Positions 1 to 13,845 of a stretch of 64,000 nucleotides of DNA are shown here, piece by piece. The notes under the pieces are model-generated. The model searched no databases. It worked only from the letters and a program-made list of their open reading frames with translations, and was not told where the DNA came from. Position numbers and translations under genes: made by a program. This stretch comes from Podarcis liolepis (taxonomy: Eukaryota): the NCBI GenBank assembly GCA_965112155.1, contig OZ218098.1; one strand, 5' to 3'. Every line of letters starts with the position of its first letter. Within the stretch, counting starts at the first letter, position 1.

Positions 1-2369
1 ACCCATAGTGGTTCAAGGATTTTTTTAAAGAAGTTATCCAACATTTAACCATATTGCAATTTAAAGTGCCTCAAAAAATCTAGGTAGCGTTCATTGTAAG
101 ATGAGTAGCCACCACCTATATTGCAGAGCAATGCATGAGCAATTAATATTTCTCCATAACATTAGCTTCCAAATCTTTTTCACAATGCTGTATCGAAACG
201 GTCACGCTAATTCCAAAATGTATTCCTTGCAGGCAGACCCTTAATGTGCAACTTTTACACAGAGTAGACTCACTGAAATTAATGGACACATTTAAATTGG
301 TTTCGGTGATGTCAATGAGTCTATTATGAGTAAAAGTTGTATACTATTTCCTATGTGTAGAAGAAACTACCTGTCCCAATTGATAGCTCTAGGAAACAGG
401 ACTGCTCTCGCTAGCCACTTTGTAAACTGCAGGACAGGGAACCTTGCTGAGAAACCTATACTGAAACCCCCTCGTACTTTTGCTAGAATATGGTGATCCA
501 AATTATTTAGTCTCACAGACAAATTAGGAGAAGGGGACTTGCTGATACAGGTTAATCGGAAGGCAACGGCCAGGCCTGACAAGCGTTCTACCCATCTGCA
601 TCAAACTGCAGGGTGTAAAAGCACTGTTCTCAAAGAGCAGCCCTCTGTGCCACATAATAGATTGTTTTGTTCTTAAAACTGAGACTCTTGCTAGCCAGGG
701 AAGAAAAGGAGCTGCTTGTTCAAAGTGAAAATGGCTCAGGGTTCGTCTAAAAGTCCCAACAAGAGTGTACACAACACTGAAGCCAGTGGGATTTCTCATC
801 CTTAAAAATTATGCAGACATTTGACTATAATAAATCTGTGACCTGGCAATCAAAATAAAGATTATGAATGAAGTTATACATGCTTGTATAGTTGGGTATA
901 ATCTTTACGGCTGCACCTACACAGTGTCAGTGCCACTATGATTTTATTTAAGCAATAATTTTTTTAAAAGCCTCCAAAAACTACAATGCTCACGTTTTTA
1001 AACGCAACACAAGTGTTAGCAACACAAAGAAGCAGCAAGCCATGCAGCGTTGACACCTGTGTTATTTATTTATATAAAATAATACAGTAAAGCGAAAAAA
1101 CGTTAACTAAATATACATAACGCACCACATAGAGCATGAACACAAAAACCCAAATTCTAAGCAAATAAAAAAATAAATAAAAAGTAAAAATCCACAGATG
1201 CAATGCTGAAATGTTAAATAATGAACAAACAAAAATACAGTGTTTCATCATGTCCATGAATTGTCCCTATACAAATTTAGTAATTTTAGAACAAAAAGTT
1301 AACTAGCTATATGTGACCATTAAAAATTTGGCAAGTGCACTTGTACATTTTTCAAGTTTGAGGCAAGACTGAAGAGAACTGGTTTATTTATGCTTTTCAG
1401 CATTTCCCTTTGCATTCGAATCTACAACTGGTTAATAGCACTAGTATTATTGCAGCACATCTGAAATCTCCTTCGAGAAGGTGTCACTGAGGTAGGAGTC
1501 TTGCTTGATTATATCACTACGCTCACGGAGAGTCTGGGTTTCCTTAAATGTTCAGAAGAACAGTAAACCAAATGTTAACCATGAAGCAGTTTTAGGGATT
1601 AGTAGTTAATCAGAAAATTATACCACCATATTGCGGGGATAGTAGTTAAAATTTGATGGAGTAATAGTTGATTACAGACATGAAGGTGCTGAGAGAGACT
1701 GCTTATCTGGCTCCTTCCTCAATTCAGCCCAACACCCCCCCCCCACCCACAAAAATATGGCTTAGATCCAAAGAACCACACAGTGAGTTCTCTGCACCTA
1801 TGGACCTTGGTTGCTCATCAATAGGACCCTAAAAAGCATGAAAGCTCTTAAAAAGCCAGGTGTTTCAAAACCAGTTTATGTGATATGGCTGGGGGGGGGG
1901 GGGAATCAAAGTCAAAACTCCTTGCTGGGAGTGTTGAAATCATTATGCAATGGCTAAAGTGGCTCTTTGTATCCTAGTCTATACCTGAGGACATTTGGAA
2001 AAGTAGGAAAGCTTCTGACTGCACACATGGGGCGGGGGATCTAAAATGTTTAGCTAAAATTCTTCAGAGCAACACCAATATGTAACGGTTCAGAGTTCTA
2101 TATATTTGTAGAGACTGGTAGAATACCACTTTCATTAGGACAAATCAATATTCACAATGAAGAATGCAAGACTAAGGTTACACACATTGGATAATACACA
2201 ATCTTGCCGTTCATGTTTTTCCCTATCTTTAATTGAAGATACTTAAAATAAAAACTAAGAAGTTTTGAAAAAAAAGAACTATCCCTTTGGGTGGTATGGA
2301 ATTCTAGATGAAGCTTCTAAACTGTTTAATTATGTCCAAATACTTGAAGAACTTTCAGATGGATGAAAC

Positions 2370-2855
2370 TGCATTCCTGAACTGTGGGGGGTTGGACTAG
2401 ATGGCCCATGGGTTCCCTTTCAGCTCTGCAATTCTAGATTTATTTTCGAGATTTATTTTCCGTTGCTCCAGAGGATAGGACCGAAACAAAGAGCTTTAAA
2501 TTACAAGTGGATTTGGGCTAATTATTATTTAGTTATTGAATTTGTATACTGCCCTTCATCCATAGATCTCAGGGCGGTTCACAATATAAAAATTCAAGTT
2601 AAAAACACAAAATAATTAATAAAAACAAGAACAGAAACAAAACAATAAACTCCTCTCCTCCGTTAGGAGGGAAGCACTTTCTTACAAATAAGCAGTTCAA
2701 TAGTGGGAAAGATTGTCTTGGAAAGAAGTGGACTCCCCTTCTTTAGAGGTTTTTAAGCCCCCTATCAGGGATGCTGCAACAATGGATTTCCTACACTAGC
2801 ATGGGATTGAACTAGATTACTTTCCAGGATCCTTTCAACTCTAGGATTCTATGAA
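2370..2855 (+). mobile_element. CR1-like LINE 3' fragments (similar ends at about 11880-12035, 20885-20930 and 54820-54870)
   Basis: GGGTTGGACTAGATG...CCCTTTCAACTCTAGGATTCTATGA-type CR1 3' termini. Confidence 0.7.
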
Positions 2856-3976
2856 CTTCCATAATGATCTGCAGACAAGTGCGTAATGATATAATTCAAC
2901 TCAAAACAACTATTTCCCCCTTTTTAGAGGATCTCCTCCCGAACCGCCAACGTGCAGAGTTCTGTGTAACACTAAATCTTGTACACTATATTATGAGCAT
3001 TGGTTTGTACTAATCAAGTGGTCATTTTACAAGCCCAGCTGACGTCTTACAATAAAACTAACACTGCAACTTGCACAGCAGTGATAGTATTCAACTTCAG
3101 TGAATACAAGCATCAAAAATATCTTCAAGCCTAAAAAAAGGTTCCTGTTAATACTGACTAGTTCCCATTTAGAGAACAGTGGCTATTTACCTGCTACTGC
3201 AGTTCTTCTGAAATTAATCTCTGCACATACACATCATGGATAACAAAACTTGGATAGCTGACTGTTTTGCACAACAAATCCAGTCACATGATCCATATAT
3301 AAGTAAGTCTCAAGAGGAAGACTTATTGGTACTAGTGCCATTCATATTTCTGGTGTATGTCAAGGAGTGGCTGATGTATTTTGCTTAATTTTCATTTCAA
3401 CAATAATTTACACTTGTCTTCTATGCAGAAAGTAGAGTGGCTGATATTAGTATGTAAAAAATGTTGAATGAAAGTGCAAATATTTATCCAGTTAAGTAAA
3501 CATGAAGCATTTCAATAACCTATCGCAATCACATTTATACACACACATTCATAAATGTATGTTAAGTTCTTCCGAACCAAATATGCCCTAACCCTGTTCT
3601 CAGAATTAATATACTCATATTTTATTGTTAAAGGGGAAACTGCTGAAATTCAGCGGAGTGCATCAATATTTTTCCTGTGTGGCAAGACAGAATAGGTAAT
3701 TCTGGGGCAATTCTTTCTGGAGTTTACATAACATTGGAAGTTTTGCTTTTACAGAGCCATTGTTTACAATCAAATTGTTAAGTACAGAGAACAATCTTTC
3801 CAGCTGTTAGGGCTAACTTATAACAAGTGCTACAAACATCCTTTGTGTTACATTTCTGCGAGATCTGCCGTCAGTTTTATGCTGCAATTCACGCACGAGA
3901 TACAGCAGAAAAAGCCATTATACAGCATGATGGGTACAGCACCAAGCGTTCCAGCACATCTAGAAATAAATAATTA

Positions 3977-4162
<186 letters not shown>

Positions 4163-5719
4163 TCAGCAGTTGCTACAACTACAGTCCAATATTCTTACTT
4201 TGCTACCATTAAATGGTAAGAACAAAATTATATCGCTTAATTTCAAACAAAATTTAATGGCGTGTTTTTAAAATTTGCTGTCAACTTCTCTGGTGCTCTG
4301 AGATGAGCACCAGAAATCTAATGAAAAGCATTATTTGTATTTATCAAGCATTCTTCCAGACACAGTCCAATATTATCCCCCCTATGCAACCAGATTCATT
4401 GAGATGAGAAGTTACACAGCTCCACAACATCTCAATGAAGCTTACTCAGGAGAAGGTCCTGAAGGATTGCGTACACTTCCTTAAAGAAACAAGAGATTAG
4501 AGAAAACTCCTAAGTCCCTCACAGATAAAATACAAAATTAACAAATGTATATTAAAACCTTATGGACAGGTGCAGTTTCTTACAGGATATATAAAGTTTT
4601 TATTTGCAGGACCACCACACCACTCCATGCTAACCATGAATACAGTAAAAGACCACCACCAAGCAGTAGCATTACATGTTTAATGAATTCGTTCACTCTA
4701 ACCTGGGCAATATGTAATAAACATGCATATAAACAAGAACAAAAGCATATGCAAGCATTAAGTTCCATAGTGAAGTTATTCTACTTTGTGTCCTTAACTG
4801 TGTTCCAGAAAGATAAAACGTGAATCTAGAGCTTGCTTCACATTACATTAGTTTATTTTATAGTACAGTATTTGGAGACAGTTTTTTTTAATAGTTGTTA
4901 TTTTTCCAGAAGTCAAGTTTGTATGGCCAAAGACCTATTATATTTATTGCTTGACAAAGAAATCCATGTGTACTTAACTGCAAGTTGACAGTGCCTTGCA
5001 GTTTCTAGAAAGCCTCCTTTCCTACAGTAGCTATGCAGAATTCAAAGTACTACACAGCAGACAGAAACAGGCATCAGTTGGAGTGAGTTTATTAGAAGTT
5101 AGAAAGACAAATACACAAAGTCACCCAACACCAAGATTAGTAGAGAAAAGCGTAACTGCTGAACTTTCACATGAAGACTAAACAGCACTGCTACTTTAGG
5201 ATAAGCATAAGTGAAGACATCCAGAGTTCCATATTGATGTTAACCCATGTTATAGGTCTCTAAATACACTTTAAAGCACTGTGAGCACATGCCTTGCTTT
5301 TTTAAATAAAAAACCCCACCTGTATATTCTGTAAAGGTCACCATCATGCCATTTTAATAACACCTTGTGTGATAATTTAAACTACCTTTCATCATAGTGA
5401 AACAGCTACTTATCAAGTTCATTCTTAGTTTTGTTAATTCTCATCTGTTACACAGCAAATGGTTATTAACACCACATTTTGTAAGACTAGATACATATCT
5501 GGCAAAGCTAAACATGTACAGGAAAAAAAGAGGAACCCTTGCCCCAAAGAAAGAGAGACACCAGCACTGAAGAAGTGGCCATTTTTACAAGAAGTGCAGC
5601 TCTGACAAGGATCTTAAGGGATTGCTAAATACACAGCAGTCAGTAGTGGAGAGAAGTTAGAGCTTGAAGACGCTGCACGCCCACCATGCAGGAGACAGTG
5701 TAAGAATCAGAAAAGGCAT

Positions 5720-5725
5720 CTAGGC
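5720..5725 (-). CDS. KLC1: KLC1 alternative terminal exon, coding part GCC TAG (Ala-stop; ...GGEEA isoform of 542 or 551 aa); 3' UTR probably runs to about 4580
   Basis: Long polypyrimidine tract TTTTTTCTCTCTCCATTTCTGTCTGACAG then GCC TAG; minus-strand AATAAA at 4604-4599; fits the recalled short KLC1 isoform ending GGEEA. Confidence 0.75.
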   Translation of the reverse strand, partial: A

Positions 5726-6442
5726 CTGTCAGACAGAAATGGAGAGAGAAAAAACTGAATGAAACTGTTGTGGGGAGAAGTTCAACAGTTTTCCATTTTG
5801 AGCTTGTTAGTCTTAACAGTATTTCTAGGTCACCCGCTAATGTTGCGAACAAATTCTCAAAATCAGCAGAGACAACAGCTTAAAAAATTCATAGTATCCA
5901 TAATGCAAAAGAAAGCCAATGGAGGACAGCAAAGCTTCTGTTGTCTTTCATTCTAGGTTCTATGTTGCACAGGACTTTGAACTTTTAAAGGAATTAATAT
6001 ATTTTCCTTAAATATATATAAAATCCTATTCCTGTGTTTAATAAAGGCAAGCAGATACATTACTTTAAATCAAAGGTGTATATTATGGCATGCGAGATTC
6101 CAATTTTAAAAACTACACAAGCCAAAATAAAAAGTGATGAAAAGAAATCAATTGGGACAAGGTGCATTAATTTAAGCTTTAACTTCTATGAAATAAGTGA
6201 GATGTGCCCACTCCAAAAGCACTATCAACCAACCCATATTACAAAGCTTTAGTGTTTCATTAGTGAGGATTTCCAAACCTCGTTCCTGGGAATGCTGGAG
6301 TTCCCTAGAATTTAGTAGGGGTTCTTTAATGAGATTAGAAACTGCAGACAAGCTCCCCTTAGTACTGAACGTATTCTGAGCTCACATGAAACAACAGTGA
6401 GATCTAATGGGACTGCCCAGTGCAAACATGTCACATAGTTAT

Positions 6443-6593
6443 CTAGACTTTTAGAAGACATCTGAAGGCAGCCCTGTTTAGGGAAGCTTTTAATGTTTAA
6501 CAGACCATTGTATTTTAATATTTTGTTGGAAGCCGCCCAGAGTGGCTGGGGAAACCCAGCCAGATGGGCAGGGTATAAATATTTTTTTAAAAA

Positions 6594-6646
<53 letters not shown>
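6443..6646 (+). mobile_element. Short 3' end of the same L2 family with an (ATT)n tail
   Basis: Nearly identical to 37805-37935 (ACATCTGAAGGCAGCCCTGTTTAGGGAAGCTTTTAATGTTT...GGAAGCCGCCCA). Confidence 0.85.
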
Positions 6647-6647
<1 letters not shown>

Positions 6648-6999
6648 GCACAGGTGTTCCTTAGTGGAGAAGATCTGCTGAAAAGTGCTTTCCTGGAGGT
6701 AAACAGTTTTTAAAACCCTTACACAACCATGCCAGTAAATGGACTGAGATGATTCGAGATCGTAAACCAATGAATGCTAATGAAGAAAAGAGAATCTATG
6801 GCAAGGACCCAAAGAGCCTTTGGCATGCAGCTGAGGCACTTCGACCCATACATGGAAGTTTCCATTCAGTGGCTATCAAACCACTAATGCTAATCATTAA
6901 ATCACGGGCATCCAATATTGTGCCCTCCAGGTGTTGTGGGCTCCAACCCCCATAATCTCTGACCACCAGCCGTGTTGGCTGGCGATCCACAAAATCAGG

Positions 7000-7680
7000 A
7001 GGGCACCACATTGGCTACCCTTGCATGTAATAGCCGTAAGTGAAAAGCACCAAGTAGGCAAAATCAGCTTTGGCTTATGGCAAATGGGGTCACTGTACTT
7101 CAGTGGTTCTGTTCCTACCTGCAAAGTTTGTTTCAGGGAGTAGCACTAGGGAACTGCCCATCAGCCCCCTGGCACTTATGCGATGGGATGCCACAGGCTG
7201 CCAACCTGGCCCCTCCCATGCTGCTTAACATTGATATGAAGCTGTTGGAAGCTGGGGATTTGGAATGAAGTTTGATTAGCACATCCAAGTCAGGTGTGGC
7301 TTGCAATCCCAAGGCCAGCATTTAAATGCTGCAGTAGACTGGATGACATTTAGATAACTTAAATGATCGTGGCAAGACAGAGTCCTTGTGGGTGAGTGCT
7401 TCATCTGGGGTGTAGGCCAGTTACCAGTTCTGGATGTGGTTACATTCTGGCTTGAAGAACAGGCACATAGATTGAAAGTACTCCCTAGGTCATCATTGGA
7501 ACTAGAGGCTCAAGTGGCCTCAGTACCTAGGAGTGCTTTTTACCATAAATGGTATACTAGTCATGCCTGAATAAGGACAGCATGGCCACAGCACTCTATG
7601 CTTTGGCAACCTCAACACTAGATTACTGCTATGTGCTCTATGTGGGGCTGCCCTTTGCCTCAGTTCGGAAGCTACTGGGC
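7000..7680 (+). mobile_element. Old degraded L2 RT fragment
   Basis: GVTVLQWFCSYL..APWHLCDGMPQAANLAPPMLLNIDMKLL resembles L2 RT QWF.SYL...GVPQGS.L.P.LFNIYM. Confidence 0.75.
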
Positions 7681-7754
7681 TGTCATGAGCATTACGGAGA
7701 AAGAAAGGATGGGATACAAAATGAGATAAAATATTAATAATAATTGTTAGATTA

Positions 7755-8072
7755 CAGTGGTGCACCGCAAGACGAATGCCTCGCAAGACGGAAAACTCGC
7801 TAGACGAAAGAGTTTTCCGTTTTGGAGGTGCTTCGCAAAAACGAATTTCCTATGGGCTTGCTTCGCAAGACGACAATGTCTTGCGAGTTCCTGCTGGTTC
7901 CCCCCCTTTTTTCTAAGCCGCTAAGCCGCTTATCAGCTGATCCGATCAGCAGATAAGCCGCTAAAAGCCGCTAATCCGCTAATCCGTCAATGGGCTTGCT
8001 TCGCAAGACAAAAAAACCGCTAGACGAAGAGAATCACAGAACGGAATTTTTTCGTCTTGCGAGGCACCACTG
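7755..8072. mobile_element. Tc1/mariner-type MITE with TA TSD
   Basis: Terminal inverted repeats CAGTGGTGCACCGCAAGACGAA / TTCGTCTTGCGAGGCACCACTG flanked by TA; internal CGCAAGACG repeats. Confidence 0.88.
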
Positions 8073-9666
8073 TACTATCATGGTGAAGAAATGAGCAGAA
8101 CTGAGCACCTGCAAAATTAGAAAAAGTAAGAATGCCAACATGAAATGAGGGAAATGTAAAAGAAAGAAAATCAACTTCAGTTTAGAACTTGAACATGAAA
8201 GTAACCAAAACGGAGTGAAAAAGTGGACATGCAAACCTAAATGAAATAGAAACCCGTTAATGCCACATTATTTTAAAGGTGGAACATTCCACTCTGGAAA
8301 AGTTTACTTTCTGAGTTTTATCAAATGTGAAGAATGTCACTGACCTAGAAATACTGTTTCGTTATTTTCTTGAATGCCCCTGTCAACCCCCCACCTGCAT
8401 GCTTTTTAATTAAAACACAAAATGGATGGGGGGAAATGCTTCCCTCACACTTGACAATTTGAAGGCATGCCAACCACAGAAGAAAAAAGGGAAGAGTACA
8501 GTACACAGTTCTAGTGCCAGGGGGACAAATTAAGGAAGTATTAAGGTGATAATATTTGTATTATATGCTGATTGACTGTCTTAGGACAACACACACCAAA
8601 GCCAATCTGAGAAACAGTGGAAAGAGAAACCTTTTTCTGCATCAAAAGAGCAAAAAAATATAGACAGCTACAGCAGCCTTTAGGATCCTAAAGCTCTGGC
8701 AGATGACAGAGTTATAGCTGACAAGTATTCCACTATGAAACAGAACCTACACACCACAAGACAAACTTAGAAAAACAATCACTACTGCAATCTGACTAAA
8801 CGTGTACTGCATAACTAAACCACCACAAGGCTGACACTGGCAATTTGCATCTCAGAGCCCAGTGCCCAATATAGCCGAAATCAAAAGTAGTAACCATCTC
8901 AGTACTACCAAAATCTTGAACTGGTTTCACTTGTAAAAGACAACATATAACAAGCAGGTACACAGACACATGTTAAACAATGATGGAAAGTTTTAGAAAG
9001 GTTTTGTTACTGTAACCTGTGGCACACCTTCCACGTTAAGCAGTGGAACTAGACGTCGTGAGATAGGAAAGGTCTCACTTTAATCAAGGATCTGGCAGGC
9101 TTCCATACGTAAATGGAAAGCAGCAATTTGTCATCAGCAGATGGGTAGATTTTATGTTTGCACCATCATGATGCCATGAAACAGAAAGAAACTTGCATCC
9201 AGAAACCTATGTTGTGTGCAGTTTTGGGTTTAATTCTCCATACCAATTCCATTTAATTGCACAGCAGTGCTTTCTAGTGAACCAGAGAAAAAGGAAATCT
9301 TCTGAAACAAAGGGGGGATATTTAAAAAAAAGGGGGGGGAGAGATAATAAAGTAAACAAATTGCCATCCTGTTGCATCCAGTATTAAAACAAACCACTGG
9401 TAAGGATTAGGTCCTATACATTAACCAGGACATTCAATCAGCATTCAAACACTTCTATCTAAATCCAAATTTTAGTGAGTTTTTCTTAATTTAAGCTTAA
9501 TTGGTCAGAACTTACCCTCAAAAGCAAGATCTTATTGCTTTTGCTTACATTAAAAACTACAGGTGCTTATGAGCCAAGAACAACCCTGAATACACAACAG
9601 AATGATAACTTAACTGCTATGCCAATCTAGGTTTGGTTTTTTTCTTACACTGTGTACTGTACTTAC

Positions 9667-9828
9667 CCCATTCCATTCTACGCTCATACTCACTTCCTCT
9701 CCTCCGTCAGGGCCACTCTCATACTTTACCACGTCGACATTGAGGCTCTCGCGGCTTCGCCTTCTCTCTATACTTTCTGGGTCATTGAGCACTTCAGCAA
9801 CTCTCTGTTTGTGAACATTATCAAGACC
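9667..9828 (-). CDS. KLC1: KLC1 coding exon 12 (GLDNVHKQRVAEVLNDPESIERRRSRESLNVDVVKYESGPDGGEE[VSMSVEWNG]) with two alternative donors (exon end 9694 or 9667)
   Basis: Donors GAA|GTGAGT and GGG|GTAAGT lie 27 nt apart, both phase 0. Confidence 0.95.
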
Positions 9829-10885
9829 CTGTGAGCCAAGTAAAGGGGAAACAGACATTTTACTTTGCACCAAGTAGTTCAGTGCCATGAGTGAGAAGAG
9901 CAATTATCATCAAGTTACTACGGAATCTACAAAACATTACCGAATAAATAAGCACCCATTAGCTGCATATGAAGCATAACCATGAAGCACATATTACAGA
10001 ATTACAAAGGTAAGTTTGAAGAGAAAACATTGTTTGCTTATTATCTACACCAACAAATTAACGTTTTAGTAAAAGTAACATGCTTTGACTAATTTGTCTG
10101 AAGGTGATAATTTCGCCAACAACCCACTATATTCTAACTAGGCTTGTCAATTCCGTTAACTTAGGCCAGGTTCAAGGGGCTGCATATGGAATTCTCTGCA
10201 AAACATTTGTGTTTTAGTTTCCCACCCTTCCACTGCAGCATACATGCACAGGTTCATACACACAGTCCAAATATGTTCCTGAAGTTCAGGAGACCCTTTG
10301 AAACAGGACAAAGGGCTGCAGTTAGAAAGGAAACATTGTAAGCCCCTCTCCTCAAGTGGAAGTGCTTTCTGCTGGCATGCACAACTCCTTAGATCCTGGC
10401 CTTAACTTACTTCCCCAGTTTAAAAATCCTCCACTAAAGGCAGTTTCAGGATTTCTGTCCTTGTTCCTAGTAGCATCCTTTTTGATGTCAACCCAAACTG
10501 CACACGATACTGCAAATGTGGCCGTATCAAATATTTTATATACAAGTTATTGTTACTCTCCACACATTTTCTTAAAAAGTGAGAATATTTTTTTTAACAT
10601 AATATCATTAATGGGAACATTTAAAAAAAGATCAGAGTAAAAGAATGAGTTATCTAGTTACATATTTCTGAGTGTTCATACTAAACTTCAGGGTGGTACC
10701 CGCCCCCCATGGAAGTTGGGATTTCCCCTCCGGATTATTTTGCCAATATCTGCTTCTGAAAAACAATAAAGGCAGTGCAGACAATCTCCTAACCATGACA
10801 TTTCCTCCTTTTTCATCTGCGTAAGTCCACCCTCATCTACAGTATGTTTTAACCAGGAGATAGCAGTGCCACAGGATCAGTGTTA

Positions 10886-11176
<291 letters not shown>

Positions 11177-12806
11177 TTAGATTCCAACAGGAGACCATTG
11201 CTTCCCAAACTTGAAACAATTCTGTCTAATAGTACAGCAGAATATTCCATTAAAAGCCAACGCTCGTCATAAATTTATAATGGGCACTTACTGCTCACAA
11301 AGAGTTCTGAATAGGTCTGCAAATGCATAAGCAGTTATTTACTAGAAAGACATTTTGCCAGGGTACCATGTATTGCTGCAGCTATTGCTGTCCATTATAT
11401 AACTAGGCTAGTTCTGAAGCAGTAACCTTGACAAAGACACAGATCACATATTCCGAGTGTCCTCCTTATCAGCCCTGCTCAATTTTCCAGTCCCAAAGGA
11501 TTACAAAAAAATGCCTGCTATAAAACACTTAAGTCCGATGCACGATTCTCTGATTCTTTTCTCTTGCTGCCTGAATGCAAGAGAGAACACCCTCACATAT
11601 GCTACTATTTAAAAAGCTATTATATAGCACAGATAAATTAGCAGAAACAGCAATTGCAGCAATATTGCAGCAATGAAAGGACTAAGATTACTGAAACTGT
11701 GACAAGTGACAATTCCTCTGCTGCCCCTTCCCACTCCCCGAAGGAGGACAAGTCCATCCATGCATCAATATACCTTTTAAAATATTATTTATTATTTTAT
11801 TAAATTTGTATCTGTAGCTCTCAGGGCGGTTCACACAATACACAGAATAAAAACAAGAACAAAAGGGAAGCAAAACCCTCGGGAGGTTGTGGACGCTCTT
11901 TCCTTGGATGTTTTTAAGGAGAGGTTGGAGGGCCATCTGTCATAGATGCTTTATCCCAAGTTTCCGGCATTTCAGGGAGTTGGAATAGATGATCTTTGGG
12001 GTCCCCTTCCCACTCTACAATTCTATGATTCTATGAAAACAATAATCCCCCCCTCCCCACCAACACATTTAAAAGGGTACAGGATGCTAATCAGCCATAG
12101 GCTCCAACCCAAAATAAATCCAAGACCCTGAGTCCATTTTGAAGTTGGGAAATGTAGAAATGGTGGGCTTAATTTGTAGCCAGTGATTTCAAACCACCAC
12201 CTCTATAAAAGGACGGCCAGTAGGGTTTTTAGCAGCCACTGAGCATCTCTCCTGACATGTTAGGAAGCTCCAGCCTTCCAGCCAATACTGCACAATATTC
12301 CAGTCACTTTATGCTTCTGTTTCCAAATTTTATCTTTCTAGGTATTTACACAAAGCCAAGTCTCTCTAGGTAGTATTGCAACACCAGTTTCTTTGGATGA
12401 CTGTTTCAGTCACAATCAAGACATTTCCACCTGGAGAAAAACCTGTTCTGGGCATTCTCCTAACACCCCCAGCGAATTTGGAGGGGTGGGAACCTTGTTG
12501 CACTGGCCAAAGTCCTTGTGCAAGCTTCCACTAGTGAGACCAGTTAACTGAATCTGGTTAATTGACCAGTTAATTGAATTAAGGTTATATTCAATTAACT
12601 TTTACTCGGAGTAGACTCATGTAAATTTATGACCACTAATTCTGCTGAGTCTACTGTGCATAAAAGTTAGTTGAACACAACCTTTATTAAGTTTCTCCAT
12701 AAGGACATTTACAATTATCTTCACTATGGAGGTTTCCAGAATTCAACACACTGTCAACAACATTATTATTTTAATACTTTAAATGTTTTTAGGAAAGTGT
12801 ACCTAC

Positions 12807-12874
12807 CTATCAACTTTGCAAGCTTTATACCAGCCTCCATATTCACCAAAAGTAGTGCCATCTTTTTGCTTTCC
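12807..12874 (-). CDS. KLC1: KLC1 coding exon 10 (GKQKDGTTFGEYGGWYKACKVD)
   Basis: 68 nt, AG/GT flanks, follows an 82-nt intron. Confidence 0.95.
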
Positions 12875-12956
12875 CTAAATTGCAAACAGTGTGTTAAATT
12901 GTTATCTTTAACGCTATAAGGACAAAAATAAATTTCTGCTTCAGGTATCCTCTTAC

Positions 12957-13006
12957 TTTGCATTCTTCTCTTTCTTCAGCATGCATCCAGATTGGTTTGT
13001 TTTCAT
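12957..13006 (-). CDS. KLC1: KLC1 coding exon 9 (ENKPIWMHAEEREECK)
   Basis: 50 nt, within ORF 12894-13175, AG/GT flanks. Confidence 0.95.
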
Positions 13007-13845
13007 CTATGTAAAAATAAGGTAAGGGATACTGTGTGAAATAAAATGACCACATTTGGCCAGACCAGCATTGTGAAAGAATGCTCACCAACACAATCCT
13101 ATATCCACCTATGAGGGAGGAAGCCCCACTGAACTGCTCAGTAGACATGTATAGGATTGTGCTGTAAAGAAACATTATAGAAAGCTACAGAGATGTCCAC
13201 CCCCAATGTTCCCAGTTCTAGGACACTTTATTCACTGATCAGAAGCCAGTCACAGTGCTATTGTATATAAATGATGCAAACCTTGAGTTTATCAAATAAG
13301 CTAAACAGAGCAAAGGGTCATCTTATCACACTGTGACAGAACAAAGACATATTACAAGTAGATGTCTTGTTTTTTTCACAGCCTAAGGATAGGAAAAAAA
13401 GAATACCTAGAAATCAGAGTTACAAAATGGTTGCAACTGCTCTTTCAAAGCAGCTTTGATGTTAACCGAATTGCAAGCAGCACATGCAAACAGAAGCTTA
13501 GTTGCCTGCTAGAACATACGGAGACGTCACTTTTATCATAATGACAACTTTGACACTTCAAGCAAGCTGCTTACATAATTAACTCATCACAAGGAAGCCA
13601 GTGCTCTGCAACTACTGCTTGCAAATTATATTCTGCCAAGTGTATTAACAATCCAACCAGTTCCTTAAATCGCCCAATTAAAATGTATCATTCTTCAAGT
13701 CAGTCTTTTCGGCATTATTATTATCATGATAACCTAAAACCCTCTGAAGAATTCTGCCAAGACAAGAGCAACTGCAAGCATGCCCAATAGGATTAGACTT
13801 TGCTTGGACTAAAGAGCAAGTGCTCTCCCCACCTTCCCCCTAGGG

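Noticed and set aside
1-1000. XRCC3 3' exons or the KLC1 MKRASSLN exon
   Set aside because: Not detectable here; presumably left of the window
4960-5200. Orthologue of the mammalian MRKMKLGLVN KLC1 tail exon
   Set aside because: No matching peptide found by eye; the nearest acceptor gives ERRLSRNCKALSTCS* with no similarity
6312-6770. Poly-Ile ORFs on both strands
   Set aside because: Artefact of the (ATT)n tail of an L2 fragment
7755-8072. CRISPR-like spaced CGCAAGACG repeats
   Set aside because: Internal sub-repeats of a MITE with terminal inverted repeats in a eukaryotic genome; irregular spacing and no cas genes
10690-10820. Possible micro or poison exon (TTTTTCAG|AAG CAG ATA TTG GCA AAA TAA) in the GC-AG intron
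   Set aside because: Acceptor is plausible but there is no good donor or other support
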